64,000 nt of DNA. Source: Neocallimastix sp. 'constans'. Its lineage: Eukaryota. Below the pieces are notes generated by a model. The model was not told the origin of the DNA. It searched no databases and saw nothing but the letters and a program-made list of their open reading frames with translations. Shown in pieces: positions 12,360 to 25,891 of this stretch (position 1 is the first letter of the stretch; every line of letters begins with the position of its first letter). The position numbers and the translations under genes were made by a program. The DNA is taken from positions 620,001-684,000 of the forward strand of contig JBODTK010000016.1 of assembly GCA_050613775.1 (NCBI GenBank). The letters are read 5' to 3'.

Positions 12360-15300
12360 CTAGGTAGAAGCTGAGTTAAACTTGACAATATTTTTCAAAT
12401 GAACATTACGATTCATTTGTATATTAGTAGCAGGATCGGCTAAAGTGACTGTATTGAATTGTTTCTTTACCACTTTCATAGGTCCAACAAAGTAAGGTTC
12501 TAATTTAGTTCGATTAAAGTTTCTTACTAGTACTAAATCACCTGGTTTTATTCTTTTAGATTGATTCATACTGGTCTTTTCTTCTCTCCTAGTAGCCCAA
12601 TACTTCGAAGCATTTTTGATATTAGATGCGGCCTCCATTACCCATTGGTAGTGTGATACAAATTTTTCCAGTAGAATTTCGTCAGAAGACTTATTTATAC
12701 CCTTAGTTGGTCTGGCAGCAATGTCAAAAGGTTGTTGGTCCTCCCTTCCATAAACTAATTCAAAACTTGAATGGTTGGTGATTGAGTTTTTAGTAGTTCT
12801 TAAAGCCCAAAGTGCAGATGGTAAAATTTCATCCCATTCTTTGTGTTGTTGTCCTAGTAATCGTAATAATTTTCCAATTTCTTTATTACGATTCTCAACT
12901 AAACCATTGCTTTCAGGATGATATGGATTGATAAATTTAACATATACATCGTATAAATCAAGGAAGATTTTTGTCATATCTGATGTAAATTGTGTTCCAT
13001 TATCAGTAGTGATAATTTGAGGTACACCGTGTCGAGCAAATACATTAATTAAAAATTTTATCACATCCTGAGAAGTAACATTTTCAGTGGGCTCTGCCTC
13101 AACCCATTTAGTAAAATAATCAACCACAACGATTATATATTGATTATTATTTCTGGTTTTACTTAGAGGTCCTATAATGTCCAATCCTAAGTGTGTAAAT
13201 GGTCCTTCCACTTCAGTTGGTTTATCTTCCGTTGGTTCAGGGTATGATTGAGATTTATTTAATTGACATTTTTCACATTTACCTATAATTCGCTTAATGT
13301 CATTAACCATATTGTTCCAATAGTAGCTCTTTTTCAAACGTTGGTATGTCTTGTAATAGCCTTCGTGTCCTATACTGTGTGCTTGAAAAATTAATTGAAG
13401 TTTTTCTTTTGTATCTGTAACTAATTTTCTATAATTATTGCCATCAACAAAGTAGTCCACACCATCAATTGTCGTAAATTTTTCTTCAATAAATTCCTTA
13501 ATGGTCCTTGAAAGCAGGTTTTCATCTTGTTCCTTGATAATTTGTGTTGTTAAGACAACTTTTTCTTTTTCATTTTTCATTCTTGATAAAGCATCTGCGA
13601 CAACATTATTCTTTCCAGTTTCATATCGTAAATCAATTCCTAACATACTGACAGTCAAACACCATCTAGTATGACGAGAATTTTGTGGTTCTTTACTTTT
13701 AAGTAATCCGATTAATGGTCTATGATCTGTATATACTATAGTTTGCTTAGGATTTCCCATAATATAAGATTTTAATTTATTAATACAGTAAATTAGAGCA
13801 GCACCTTCTAGATCCGTAATTCCATAATTCTTTTCCGATTTAGATAAACTTCTACTAATATAATGAACCGGATGTTTCTTTCCAGTTTCATCATCCTTTT
13901 GTAAAAGCACACCGCCTATACAATCATAGGAAGCATCTGTTCTTATAATAAATTCTCTATCGAATCTAGGAAATCTTAATATTGGGGCATTGATTAATCT
14001 TTCCTTAAGAATTTTAAAACTTTCTTCTTGTTCCTTTTTCCATTCAAACTTAACACCTTTTCTTAATAGAGTGCATAGAGGTGCAGTAACTTTTGCAAAG
14101 TCCTTAATGAAATTTCTATAATATCCAATGGCTCCTAAAAATGATCGAAGTTCATGAATGTTAGAGGGAGCCTTCCATTCTTTAATAGCTTTAACTTTGT
14201 TTTCCAATGGACTTAAACCTTCTGAGGATACTTTATGTCCCAGTACTTCTACTTCAGTTTGCATGAAAGAACATTTTTCAATATTGATTTTTAACTTATG
14301 TTCCTTGAATATTTTTAAGACTTGTTTAAGATGTTCTAGGTGTTCTTCTTCAGTTCTTGAGTAGATTAAAATATCATCGATAAAGTTATAGACGCATTTT
14401 CCTATTAAGGGAAATAGTATACGGTTCATTTCTCTTTGGAATGTAGCTGGAGCACCTGTTAAACCGAAGAGCATTACCTTGAATTGGTAGTTTCCGAACT
14501 TAGTTGTAAAGGTAGTGATTTCAACACTATCATCATCCATTAATATTTGATGATAACCGGAATAAAGATCTAATGTTGAGAAGATTTTTGCTCCATCTAA
14601 GCTATCAAAAATTTCCTCAATATTTGGTAAAGAATAAGAATCCTTCATAGTTGCTTCATTTACTTTCCTATAGTCAATACACAGGCGCCATTTACCGTTC
14701 TTTTTAGGCACAAGTACTACTGGTGATGACCATTCTGAACATGAAGGTTCAATTAATCGTTTATATATGAGTTTGGTTAATTCTTCTTTTAAGATATCTG
14801 TTTTTAATTTACTAAGTCGATAAAATTTTTGTTTAATAGGTTTAACTCCTTCCTTAAGAATAATTTTGTGTGTTGATAAATCTGAAGGTGTTAATTCTTC
14901 AGAAGAAGTTGCAATTATATCAATATATTCTTCAAGTAATTTAGTAATAGCTTCTCTATAATTTGAATTAATTGTACTTTGAAAAACTGTGTCATATATA
15001 TATTTTATGGGTGGTAATCCTTCAATCGTTTTCAATTGTTGCTTAGCTTCTTGGTGATTCAATGCTTTGATTACACATAATAATTTTTCTTCGTCATCAT
15101 ATTCATTATTAATAGGTGCAATTTCTTCAATTAAACCTTGATCATTAAATCGACAAAGACTATATCTAATTGGATGTATAAATAACTGGTTATCAATTTG
15201 AGTTTTGAGGTTGATTAATATATCATAGAATGGATCCTCCTTGTCTATAATTCTACACGTAACAAGTAGTTCTAGTTCATTAATTTTTACGGGAACTTTG

Positions 15301-16361
15301 ATTAACACATCTTCTGAGTAATCATCATTCATCGTTGCTAAACGTATTCGTCCTGCACTAACTCCTATAGGTTCATACTGATAAGGTAATTTATCTAAAA
15401 ATTGCTTTGTGATAATACTTAAGTTGCTACATGAATCTATTAAAGCCTTACCACGAACTCCATCTACTATTACATCAACCATAGCAATATCATCTTCTTG
15501 TGGTTCATGATGTTTACTTTTATATGTATGATCTATATTGTTCGTTATTATTGTAGTAGCACACATATTATCCACTGCACCTGAAATTTTAGTATTATTC
15601 TTTTCTAATTTAAGTCCTTGTGATACTTGAGACCGTATCTTTGGAGCAACGTCCAATAATTGTCCAAATGTAATATTGCAATTACTGGAGTTTAAATCTT
15701 TGATCACGTCATAACTATCACAATCAGTTTGCATTTGTATTCTTCTTGGAATTCTAGTTGGCATAATTTCAGTTGACTTTTCTGATGATTTTTCTTGAAT
15801 TAATTTATTTAAAGTTTGTTTAGAATTATTTCCTTCCTGAGAGGTTTCTTCATTAATAATATTAACATTACTATTTTTATTATTTTCCACAGAAGTACTA
15901 GTACTAGCTCTTTCCTTATCTCTTAGCTCTTTCTCAATCCTCTTTTCTTTCTCTATTCTGGGTTGAGCCATAATCGAAGGATGTAATTGAGTTGTTGGCT
16001 TTTTGACTGGTCGCGATGTTCCCCTTAATTGATTTTCTTTTTGTTTTCGTAAACCTGGAGTAACTATTGGCTTAGGATCATCTCTTAGACTACGGTGAAC
16101 CCTCTTTCCTCTTTGGTCACTAGTCTCTTCATCTTTAGGATTTGCCTTTCTCTTTATAACGTTTACTAAGTAGTCCAATTCTTTGGAACCATCCGACTCA
16201 TCATCAAAATCTTCGTAATAATTCGTAGTAGTACCTTCTTGGAAATCAGCAGTTTCTTCATAATCATCATCTTCTTTTAAGTCAACTGTTTTGGAACGAT
16301 GGCAGACTGAAGCAATTTTTTTGACGATGGGAGTGCTTCTACTCCCTTTTAGTGGTTTAAA
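12360..16361 (-). CDS. pol: Pol (PR-RT-RNaseH-IN) of A1, entered by -1 frameshift; several substitutions at conserved sites
   Basis: Open from the slippery site; LIDSCS, FIDD, TDASY, HHCC and DDE motifs; MLFGL and YDCIG where copy 2 has MPFGL and YDGIG. Confidence 0.9.
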   Translation of the reverse strand, partial: FKPLKGSRSTPIVKKIASVCHRSKTVDLKEDDDYEETADFQEGTTTNYYEDFDDESDGSKELDYLVNVIKRKANPKDEETSDQRGKRVHRSLRDDPKPIVTPGLRKQKENQLRGTSRPVKKPTTQLHPSIMAQPRIEKEKRIEKELRDKERASTSTSVENNKNSNVNIINEETSQEGNNSKQTLNKLIQEKSSEKSTEIMPTRIPRRIQMQTDCDSYDVIKDLNSSNCNITFGQLLDVAPKIRSQVSQGLKLEKNNTKISGAVDNMCATTIITNNIDHTYKSKHHEPQEDDIAMVDVIVDGVRGKALIDSCSNLSIITKQFLDKLPYQYEPIGVSAGRIRLATMNDDYSEDVLIKVPVKINELELLVTCRIIDKEDPFYDILINLKTQIDNQLFIHPIRYSLCRFNDQGLIEEIAPINNEYDDEEKLLCVIKALNHQEAKQQLKTIEGLPPIKYIYDTVFQSTINSNYREAITKLLEEYIDIIATSSEELTPSDLSTHKIILKEGVKPIKQKFYRLSKLKTDILKEELTKLIYKRLIEPSCSEWSSPVVLVPKKNGKWRLCIDYRKVNEATMKDSYSLPNIEEIFDSLDGAKIFSTLDLYSGYHQILMDDDSVEITTFTTKFGNYQFKVMLFGLTGAPATFQREMNRILFPLIGKCVYNFIDDILIYSRTEEEHLEHLKQVLKIFKEHKLKINIEKCSFMQTEVEVLGHKVSSEGLSPLENKVKAIKEWKAPSNIHELRSFLGAIGYYRNFIKDFAKVTAPLCTLLRKGVKFEWKKEQEESFKILKERLINAPILRFPRFDREFIIRTDASYDCIGGVLLQKDDETGKKHPVHYISRSLSKSEKNYGITDLEGAALIYCINKLKSYIMGNPKQTIVYTDHRPLIGLLKSKEPQNSRHTRWCLTVSMLGIDLRYETGKNNVVADALSRMKNEKEKVVLTTQIIKEQDENLLSRTIKEFIEEKFTTIDGVDYFVDGNNYRKLVTDTKEKLQLIFQAHSIGHEGYYKTYQRLKKSYYWNNMVNDIKRIIGKCEKCQLNKSQSYPEPTEDKPTEVEGPFTHLGLDIIGPLSKTRNNNQYIIVVVDYFTKWVEAEPTENVTSQDVIKFLINVFARHGVPQIITTDNGTQFTSDMTKIFLDLYDVYVKFINPYHPESNGLVENRNKEIGKLLRLLGQQHKEWDEILPSALWALRTTKNSITNHSSFELVYGREDQQPFDIAARPTKGINKSSDEILLEKFVSHYQWVMEAASNIKNASKYWATRREEKTSMNQSKRIKPGDLVLVRNFNRTKLEPYFVGPMKVVKKQFNTVTLADPATNIQMNRNVHLKNIVKFNSAST

Positions 16362-17266
16362 TGATTTTCATAAAACTTCTTGCGGTTATTTTCCAATATA
16401 GAATTTAATTTAGGACAGTTTCGTTTGGAATGTCCTTCATTGCTACAAAACCCGCAAGTACTAATTTTCATTTCTTTCATCTTGTTAGTGAGATTTTCTA
16501 TAGATACATTTTTGTGGGTTTTTGGTTTGTTAAAATCATTTGAAATGTTCTTATTAAAATTACTTTTAGAGTTAAGGAGATTGTAACGAGTCTTATCATA
16601 ATATTCAGTACTATTTTTAATAGATAAACGATCAACTTTTTCAGCTATAGCGAACGCTTTGGTAATAGAAATATGGTCTTTAAGCATAACCTTTCTCCAT
16701 GCGTCAGGATTATTGGTTAAGGAATCTGCATAATCTAAAACACTAATTTTTCTTCTTCTCTTTTTATCCAATTTATGGTACAAAGATCTATAACGGACAT
16801 TAAAATCTTTAACTTTCTCGTTCTTCTTTATTTTCATGGAACGCAATTCTCGTAACAAGTTGGTTTGATCTTCTTTAAGTCCATAGAAATTCTTCAGATG
16901 ATTTATGATTTCATCAAGGCTTGGGTAGGTGGTAGTAGATTCACTTTCTTCATCATCTTCTCCTTCACTATCGCTATCGAAATCAGAATCTTCATCTTCA
17001 GTAAGGTCATTTCCATCTTCTAGTTCTTGGATAATTTCTCTTGGTTCTCCAGAAGCCGTTAATATACAAGCAGTAAAAATAGTTTCAGGATCCTTGATAT
17101 GTTGGTATTTTATCCATGCCTTTAACTCATTTGCCCAGGAGTTGATGTCAAGGTTTTGTTTAGTAAGCTTTTCAAAATCTTTTAATTCTTTCTTTAATTC
17201 TCTGAAGCTAAGCTTACTTTCTGGAGTACTCTCTGTTGGAGTACTGGAAGTACTGGATGTTCTCAT
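16349..17266 (-). CDS. gag: Gag of A1
   Basis: 305 aa with C-terminal CCHC knuckle CGFCSNEGHSKRNC. Confidence 0.92.
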   Translation of the reverse strand: MRTSSTSSTPTESTPESKLSFRELKKELKDFEKLTKQNLDINSWANELKAWIKYQHIKDPETIFTACILTASGEPREIIQELEDGNDLTEDEDSDFDSDSEGEDDEESESTTTYPSLDEIINHLKNFYGLKEDQTNLLRELRSMKIKKNEKVKDFNVRYRSLYHKLDKKRRRKISVLDYADSLTNNPDAWRKVMLKDHISITKAFAIAEKVDRLSIKNSTEYYDKTRYNLLNSKSNFNKNISNDFNKPKTHKNVSIENLTNKMKEMKISTCGFCSNEGHSKRNCPKLNSILENNRKKFYENHLNH

Positions 17267-17422
17267 AAAATAAAATTTATTGTATCTATTGAATGCTAAA
17301 CCTCGTAATGTATAAATTGTTATAAAAAAGTAAAAATAAAAAAAATTAAAATAAAATAAATCTTTTAACTAATAAAATTATTAATTATTTATTATTATTA
17401 ATCACTTATTAAATTATAATAA

Positions 17423-17588
17423 TCGTGCAATCTGATAGTACACACTGTCTGACGTGCAGCTTACCTCTTGAAAGGTGTCATGCCACGCGTGTGCCACGGT
17501 TACTATTTTCAATATAAAAAATAGCAGTCCAGAGCCTACTAGCCCAATTACTATGTAGGATAAACTTAACCCGGAAATCTATGCACGA
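17423..17588 (-). ncRNA. Conserved structured RNA motif in the family A 5' leader
   Basis: GC-rich island closed by TCGTGCA/TGCACGA; homologous to 27821-27966 with compensatory changes. Confidence 0.7.
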
Positions 17589-17753
17589 ATATTAGTTTAA
17601 TTTAATATTAATTAATATTTTTAACAATTAATAATAATTAGTTAAAAATATAAAAATTTTTTTTCTTTAAAAAAAATATTTTTTTTGTTTTATTAGAAAA
17701 ATTATTTATTAATATTATAATTTTATCCCTAATGTATTAATTTATTATTATAT

Positions 17754-17771
17754 TCCCCGATATCTCCACCA
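17754..17771 (-). promoter_or_regulatory. Primer binding site, tRNA-Ala-like (TGGTGGAGATATCGGGGA)
   Basis: 18 nt starting TGG, 8 nt from the LTR; complementary to a ..TCTCCACCA tRNA-Ala-type 3' end. Confidence 0.85.
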
Positions 17772-18572
17772 ATTTTTCATGGTATGGTTCATATAATTTT
17801 AGGAATATAATAATAATTAACACAAATAATAAAATTACAATAAAAAAAAAAATAATTTGTTTTAAAATCAATATTTATTTATTTAAATTTATAAAAAAAT
17901 AATAATATAATTATTTATTTAATAAAAAGAAAGTTATTGATTATATTTTATTTCACTAAAAATTACATATATTTATATTTTTTTATCAAATTAAAATTTG
18001 TAAAGCCTAACTATTTTTTTTAATAAACTAATTACTAATTATTTTTATAAATAAAACATTTAAATTGAAATTGAATTATTATTTTAGTTAATAATATTAT
18101 TGTTATAAATAGTAGTTATATATTATTGAATTATTAATTATTTAATAATAGTTTAATACTAATATATATAAAATAAAAATAAAGAGATTATACAGAATAT
18201 TTTATTGTGGTTTAGTTAAATTTAGTAATTAAAAATAAATTTATATTGATAACGAAAATTTTAATAACTAATTAAATAGATTTGATTATTTTCAATATAA
18301 CATAATACAAAAGAAATATAATATTAATATATTAAGTGGGCAAGGACAATATTCTTGGCTAAAGATTTTTAATACATTATAATGGAATCGGATCGATAAT
18401 TCAAAAAGGAATTATAAGTTAATTAGTGATTTATTAACTTAAGATTTCTATTTAGTAATATTTGAAGAATATTGGAAAGTTCCAATTATATAGAATAGAA
18501 TAATCTATAAGGTTAGAATAATTTATATTATTCTAGCACAATTAGTATTATTTTTTCATTCTGTATTATTCT

Positions 18573-19133
18573 TGGTACATTATTTTTATATATTGTACCT
18601 TTTATATGATTTGGGGAAAGCAAGTTGTAAAACTATAAAATAATATATTCTAATAAAAGAAATAAATAAAAAAAATTATAACACAAAATTAATAATAAAT
18701 TTTTAATAAATAATAATGTGTTACTTTTAAGTCTTTATTTTATTTATAAGTTTTGTTCTTTAAATAAGTACATTTAATTTTATTATAACTTTATTATATC
18801 TGTAAATTTATATTTTAATAATAATATTAATCAAAATATCCTAAATATTTATTCACCCGAATAAATATTTTATAATTCCTATTCTAACTATTATATTCTT
18901 TAAAGATATTAGATTATTAAGTTCCTCTTTTGTTAATATTTTATCTTTCACTTATTTTTATACTATAATTTATCTTAATTCTTATTGGTTATCTATTAAT
19001 TAAAATTATTTTTATTAATATTATATTTTTATATACTAATTAAACCTTATACCTATTATAATAAAATAACTAAAGAATTATTTATTTTCTTATATTTTTA
19101 ATAATTTATTCTATTTTAGTGAGTAACATACCA
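18573..19133. mobile_element. Solo LTR family H
   Basis: TGGTA..TACCA inverted termini; TTCT on both sides (18569-18572, 19134-19137). Confidence 0.8.
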
Positions 19134-19994
19134 TTCTTGTTATGGTTCGGGTTTTATTAGAATTTTTATTTTATTATTTATTTTTAATATTTTTCTGTCT
19201 ACATTTTAATTATTGAAAAACTTCACTTATTTATACTTTTTGAAAAAAAATAAATATGTAAAGCCTTTCTACATTTTATTATCATATTTAAAAAAAATAA
19301 TTTACTATTACTAATTAATTAAAATTTTATATTAATTTAAATTAACTAATTCATAAGTATTTTTATTTTAATAAATTTTGTTTATATAATTTTATATTAT
19401 TTTTCATATACTAAAACTAAATTATTTAATATATACGAAAAGTAACAAACAAAATTTAAAAAGATTTTACAGAAAAATAAAGTTATTTTAATCAAGAATG
19501 TTAATATAATATTCTTATATTTTATATAAAATAAATTTAAAAACTATAATATATTTAATATTTATTATTAATCAATTAAGATTTGATTTTATTTGTGGGG
19601 AATAAAAATATTAAATAATCAATTTAAAAATAAAATAAAATACTAAAAAGAATACAAGTTTAATATTGATACAATATAATAATAATATAATAATATATTT
19701 GAAAATAAAAATAAAATATTAATATTGATAATAAACACTTTAAAATAATAAAATTTAAGGTAAATTATAGATATTGATATTAATAATAAAAATATAGAAT
19801 TATTGATAATATTTTAGAAACTTTTAATAAAAATATAAAAAAAAAATATATTTAGAAAATATTTTAGTATAGAAAATATAGTAAAGTAATATTAAGTAAA
19901 GAATAATATAATGGATTCTAAAGTAAGTTAAAATTCTAATTAATAATCCATTATATGTTCGTTCTTGACCAAGATGCCCCCACTAAGACACAAG

Positions 19995-22900
19995 CTAATC
20001 TATAGCTGAGTTATACTTTACTATATTTTTCAAATGAACATTACGATTCATTTGAATCATAGTATTTGGGTCCGCAAGTGTTACGGTATTAAATTGTTTT
20101 TTTATTACTTTTAAAGGACCGACAAAATAAGGTTCTAATTTAGAACGACTAAAATTTCGAACAAGAACTAAATCACCGATTCTTATGTTTTTGGAATTTT
20201 TCATGCTATTTTTTTCTTCCCTTCGATTGGCCCAATATTTACTTGCGTTCTTTACATTTTCAGCTGCTTCCATGGTCCACCTATAATGTGAGATAAATTT
20301 TTCTAAAAGAATTTCATCTGAAGATTTATTCACTCCTTGTGTAGGTCTAGCAGCAATGTCGAAAGGCTGTTGATCCTCACGACCATAAACTAATTCGAAG
20401 CTAGAATGTTTGGTTACAGAATTCTTTGTAGTTCTAAGGGCCCACAAGGCTGAAGGTAATACCTCATCCCAGTCTTTATTTTCTTCACCAAGTAATCTCA
20501 ATAATTTACCAATTTCTTTATTCCTATTTTCAACCAATCCATTACTTTCTGGGTGATAGGTAGTGGTAAATTTTACGTAAACATCATATAAGTCCAGGAA
20601 TATTTTAGTCATATCCGATGTGAATTGAACGCCATTATCCGTTGTAATGACTTGAGGAACTCCATGTCTAGCGAAAACATTTATTAAAAACTTAATGATG
20701 TCCTTAGATGTAATATTTTCAGTAGGTTCAGCCTCCACCCACTTTGTGAAATAATCCACCGCAACAATGATATATTGGTTTTTATTACCAGTCTTTATTA
20801 AGGGACCAATAATATCAAGTCCAAGATGAGTAAAAGGGCCTTCAACTTCTGTTGGAATGTTTTCGGTTGGTTCTGGATATGGCTGAGGGCGATTTAACTG
20901 ACATTTTTCGCATTTTGAAATTATTCGTTTTATATCGTTGACCATATCATTCCAGTAGTAACTTTTTCTAAGTCTTTGATATGTTTTATAATAACCTTCA
21001 TGGCCAACATGATGTGCTTCGAGAATTAATTTTAGTTTTTCATTTGTTTCGGTAACAAGTTTTCTATAATTATTTCCATCTATAAAATAATCTATACCAT
21101 CAATCTTTGTAAATTTTTCTTCAATAAATTCTTTAATTACTTTAGAAAGTGAATCATTTTCATCATCTTTATTCGTTTTTATAGCTAATACCTTTTGTTC
21201 TTTATCGTTCTTCATTCTAGATAAAGCGTCGGCTACTACATTCTTTTTACCTTGCTCATAGCGAATATCCACTTTTAGCATACTTGCAGTCAAACACCAT
21301 CTTGTTTGTCGTGCATTATTCGGTTCCTTATTATTATATAAACCCAGTAGAGGTTTGTGATCTGTAAAACTATGGTTCTAAAGGGGCTTCCCATAATATA
21401 AGGTTTTAATTTAGTAATACAATAATATAAAGCCGTTCCTTCCAAATCGGTTATTCCATAATTCTTTTCTGCTTTGGTTAAGCTACGGCTAATGAAATGA
21501 ATCGTGTGTTCTATTTCCGATTCGTCTTTCTGCAATAAAACTCCACCAATACCTTCATATGATGCATCTGTTCGAATAATGAATTCTTTGGAGAAATCAG
21601 GATATTTTAAAATAGGAGCATTAATTAATTTTTTTTTAATTTGGTAAAACTTTGTTTTTGTTCATTATTCCATTTATATTTTACGCCTTTTCTTAATAGC
21701 TTACAAAGAGGAGCTGAGGTTTGAGCATATTCATTTATAAAGTTCCTATAATATCCTATAGCACCTAAGAATGATCTTAACTCATGTATATTCGTGGGTT
21801 CTTTCCAGGCTTTAATTGCTTCAATTTTACTATTTTGAGGACTAAGACCCTTAGTAGAAATCTTGTGACCAAGAACTTCAACTTCCGTTTGCATAAAGTG
21901 ACATTTTTCAATATTAATTTTTAATTTATGTGCCTTGAAGATTGCTAATACCTGTTTTATGTGTTGGATATGTTCTTCGACAGTTTTTGAATATATAAGT
22001 ATATCATCAATAAAGTTGAAAACACATTTTCCGATTAAAGGAAATAAAATTCTATTCATTTCCCGTTGGAAGGTAGCCGGAGCTCCAGTTAATCCGAAAG
22101 GCATAACTTTGAATTGGTAGTTGCCAAATTTGGTTGTAAAACTGGTTATTTCAACGCTTTCTTCGTCCATTAGGATTTGATGGTAACCTGAGTATAGATC
22201 CATAGTAGTAAAGATTTTGGCACCATCTAGACTGTCAAATATCTCGTCAATATATGGAAGGGCATAAGAGTCTTTTTCGGTTAGATCATTCACCTTGCGG
22301 TAGTCCACACACAATCTCCATTTTCCATTAGCCTTTGGGACCACAACAACAGGTGAAGACCATTCTGAATAAGATGGTACAACTAGCTTTTTCTTAATAA
22401 GTTTAATTAGTTCTTCTTTAATAATATCCGATTTAAATTTGGTTACCCTGTAACATCTTTGTTTAACAGGTTTTGCGTTCGCTTTCAAGTTAATCTTATG
22501 AGGTGCTAAGTCTGACGGGGTTAATTCTTCAGAAGATGTCGCTATAATGTCCAAGTTTTCTTCAAGTAATTTTACTATTACATCTTTATAATCTTTACAA
22601 AGACTTGCTATAAAGTTTTGGTAAAAAAAAAAAATAGATTATAAATCAACACTTCAATAATAACACTAAAACACAAAATAATAGTTTTAAAGAACAAGTT
22701 TTATTAATTTTTTAAATATTAAAATCTTTATTTATTTTAAAGTGTTATTAACAAGAAATCGTTAATAACAATTACATCGATTAAAATACATGAAATTTGA
22801 TAACTATTTATATTTTTATCTTATTACATTTATAATATATAATTCCTATTGAATTATATTATCTAGCTATTTATTTAAAAACAATACTAACCTAAACTAA

Positions 22901-24892
22901 TAATAAATAATTAACTATTACTAAATAAAGAGAACTATAATTAATAACTAAAATAAATATAATCAATTCTAATTGAGTTCATTTATTATTTATTTATTAT
23001 TTAAATATTATTAGTAAATTTATTATATATTTTCTATTTTAAAATAATATAAAAGTTGTCATAATTATTTAATATAAATTTAGCATAAAATGCCGTAAGT
23101 TTCAACATGACTAATTGCATAGTTTCATGTTGTTAATTTACCTTGTGAAAAACCTTAACTCTTATTATTTAAATTAAATTACATAAAAAGAAATGATTTT
23201 CAAATACTAGTTTCACAAGAGAAATTTTTAATTTATTAGTATGATTGGGAAAAAATCGAAATTATGTTAAAAATATTTTCAATAATTTTATACACGTGAT
23301 TTCAAATAAATTTATTTTAATTTTACTTAAATTTATGATTAAATTTAATTAAAATTATTTAAAGATATTAATAATATCTTTACACTTGCTAAAAATTTTT
23401 TATCATGGATATACTCTTGCGGAGATAGACCTTCAAGTTTCTTTAATTCATTAGTTGTGTCTTCATCTTCAAGTATTTTCCTTACTATACATACTAATTT
23501 TTCTTCTTCTTGGAAATTATTATTAATAGGAGCTATAACGTCGATTAGTCCTTGAGAATTAAATTGACATAAACTATATCTTATAGGATGGATAAAAAGA
23601 TTGTGTTCTACTTGAGTTTGAAAATTAATCAACAAATCATAAAATGGGTCATCATCATCAATTATACGAAAATCTACTATCATTTTATAATCATTAATCT
23701 TAACAGGTATTCGTACAATGATTCCTTCCGAATACTCATCATTCTTAGTCGCTAAACGTATCCTTCCACGACTAATACCTACTTCTTCATAATTTCCAGG
23801 TAATTTCTCATAAAATTTTTTTGTGATAACATTGAGATTGCTACAAGAATCAATTAGTGCTTTACCAGGAATTTTATCTACTGTTACATCAACCATGGCA
23901 ATATCTTCTTCTGAGGTTTCCTTACTTTTGCTAATATAAGAGTGATCAATATTATTTACCAAAGTAGCAGCAGCAATAGTATTGTTTAATGCACCTATTA
24001 TTTTCTTTTCAGGTTTTTCTAATTTTAATCCTTGACTTACTTGACTTCTGACTTTTGGAGAAACATTGAGGAGCTGACCGAAACTAATATTACACTTGGT
24101 TTCATTCAAATCTTGTAAAACATCATATTCTTCCAGATCCTTACACATCTTGATGTTCCTAAGCGTTCTACTAATTGTTGCTTTTTCTTTAGGCTCTTGA
24201 AAATCTATGAGTTTCTGTAATGTAATATTCTCATGACCTGCGTCATTAAGCTTTTCAGGAATTTCAATAACTTCCATTTCCTTGATTTGTTTTGTTTTAA
24301 TAATTTTATCTTTTTCATCATCAATTAATTTATTTAATCGTTGATGCATTTTATCACTAGTAGTACTGATGCTATTTCTTTGTTTTGAAGAATCCAGACT
24401 TTGCTTTTCTCTTATAGTAATATTATCCTCCCTTTCCTTCCCTTTTCCCTTGTTATTTCCAAAGTTAGCTCTTTCTTTATTTCGAATTTGTTTTTCTTTG
24501 GCTTTCTCAATATTTATATTAGGCTGCGCCATTATCGAAGGATGTAGTTGATTTTTATTTTTAACAATTATTCTATTTTCTATTTCTTTCTCTTTTATCT
24601 TTCTTATTGCAGGAGTTGTTATAGGGGTAGGATTATCTTTGAGACTTTTACGTTGTCTCTTTTCATTATTTTCACTAGTTTCATCGTTAGTCGTCAACTT
24701 CCTTTTTGTCGCACTAACTATAAATTCTACATCATTCTCATTATCGGATTCTTTGTGAGTTTCATTAGTGTAGGAAGCATCTTCTATTTCTTCCTTATTA
24801 TAATCTTTTGTACTACTAGGAATAGATTTGTATTGTAATGAAGCTATTTTATTTTTATAGGGAGTGCTTCCTCTCCCTTTTAGTGGTTTAAA
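19995..24892 (-). pseudogene. pol: pol of family B, frameshifted and interrupted by solo LTR O
   Basis: ORF pieces 23345-24697 (PR), 21625-22554 (RT, FIDD), 21290-21535 (RH), 19995-21293 (IN). Confidence 0.92.
22609..23384. mobile_element. Solo LTR family O nested in B pol
   Basis: T(A)TAAAG..CTTTACA termini; 5-bp TSD CTTGC (22604-22608, 23385-23389); removing it restores KFLASLCKDY. Confidence 0.88.
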
Positions 24893-25772
24893 GATTTTCC
24901 ACTATATAACCGTTTCTTATTTTCTTGAATAATTGCATTTAACTTAGGACAATTATACTGCAAATGTCCTGGATCGCTACAATAAAAACAGGCTTTAATG
25001 GTAAGATTTTTCATTTTTTTTGTTAAGTCCTCCAATTCGTAATCTTTATTTCTTTTTGGGCTTCTAACTTCATAATTCTCTCTTACTACCTTTCTGTTGT
25101 TTTGATAATTATTCCTGATATTTATTCTTGGGTTGACAATTTCAGTTGAGTACTCTTTTGAGGGTCTCAAATTCATTACTCTATCAACCTTTTCGGCAAT
25201 GACAAACTCCCGATTTAAAGAAATGTTATCCTTAAGGGAGACCCTTTTCCAAGCTTCTTCATTGTTCCTAAGAGCATCAATATAATCGAGAACACTGACT
25301 CCATCTTTCTTTTCTTATCTAATTTCAAATATATGGATCGGAAACGAGTATTAAAGTCTTTTACTCGCTCATTTCTTTTAATTCTTAAGGTACGGAGCTC
25401 ACGAAGTAACATATTCTGGTCTTCTTTAAGACCATAAAAAGTTTCTAGTGCTTCTACAATTTCCTTTAAGGAAGGATATTCATTTTTTTTCTTTTCTTCT
25501 GAATCAGATTCTTCTTCTTCTTAGTCCTCACTTTCTGATTCAGAATAGGTACTGTAACTGTCAATTAAATCCTGGATAACTTCGCGAGGCTCTCCAGTAG
25601 ACGTGAGTAAGCAGGCGGTAAAAATCTTTTTGGGATCAGTAACTTCCTCAAGTTTTATCCATAATCGGATTTCTGATTCCCAAGATTTGATATCGAGATT
25701 TTCCTTTGAAATTTTCTCGATATCTTTTAATTCTTTTTTTAATTCTTTAAAATTGATTTTATTTTCAGCCAT
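24880..25772 (-). pseudogene. gag: gag of family B, broken
   Basis: Three ORF pieces homologous to A gag; CCHC knuckle CFYCSDPGHLQYNC. Confidence 0.9.
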
Positions 25773-25891
25773 TTGAAAATTTAAAAATGGTATTAATGCT
25801 ATGATATCCAATTTAAAAATATGTTTACTTTAAAAATATATTTAATAACAAAAAAAAATAAATTTATCTTTGTTTTATAATAATATAATTA

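Larger units (their letters stand above)
11551..18568 (-). mobile_element. Full-length Ty3/Gypsy element, family A copy 1 (LTRs 11551-12336 and 17780-18568)
   Basis: Paired LTRs, PBS, PPT (12337-12349), gag plus PR-RT-RH-IN; flanks ACAA / TTCT do not match. Confidence 0.96.

Noticed and set aside
17423..17588. Hammerhead or hairpin ribozyme call for the leader motif (CTGATAG..GAAA on the antisense strand)
   Set aside because: No CTGANGA core with correctly placed stems; hairpin-ribozyme loop A and loop B consensus absent
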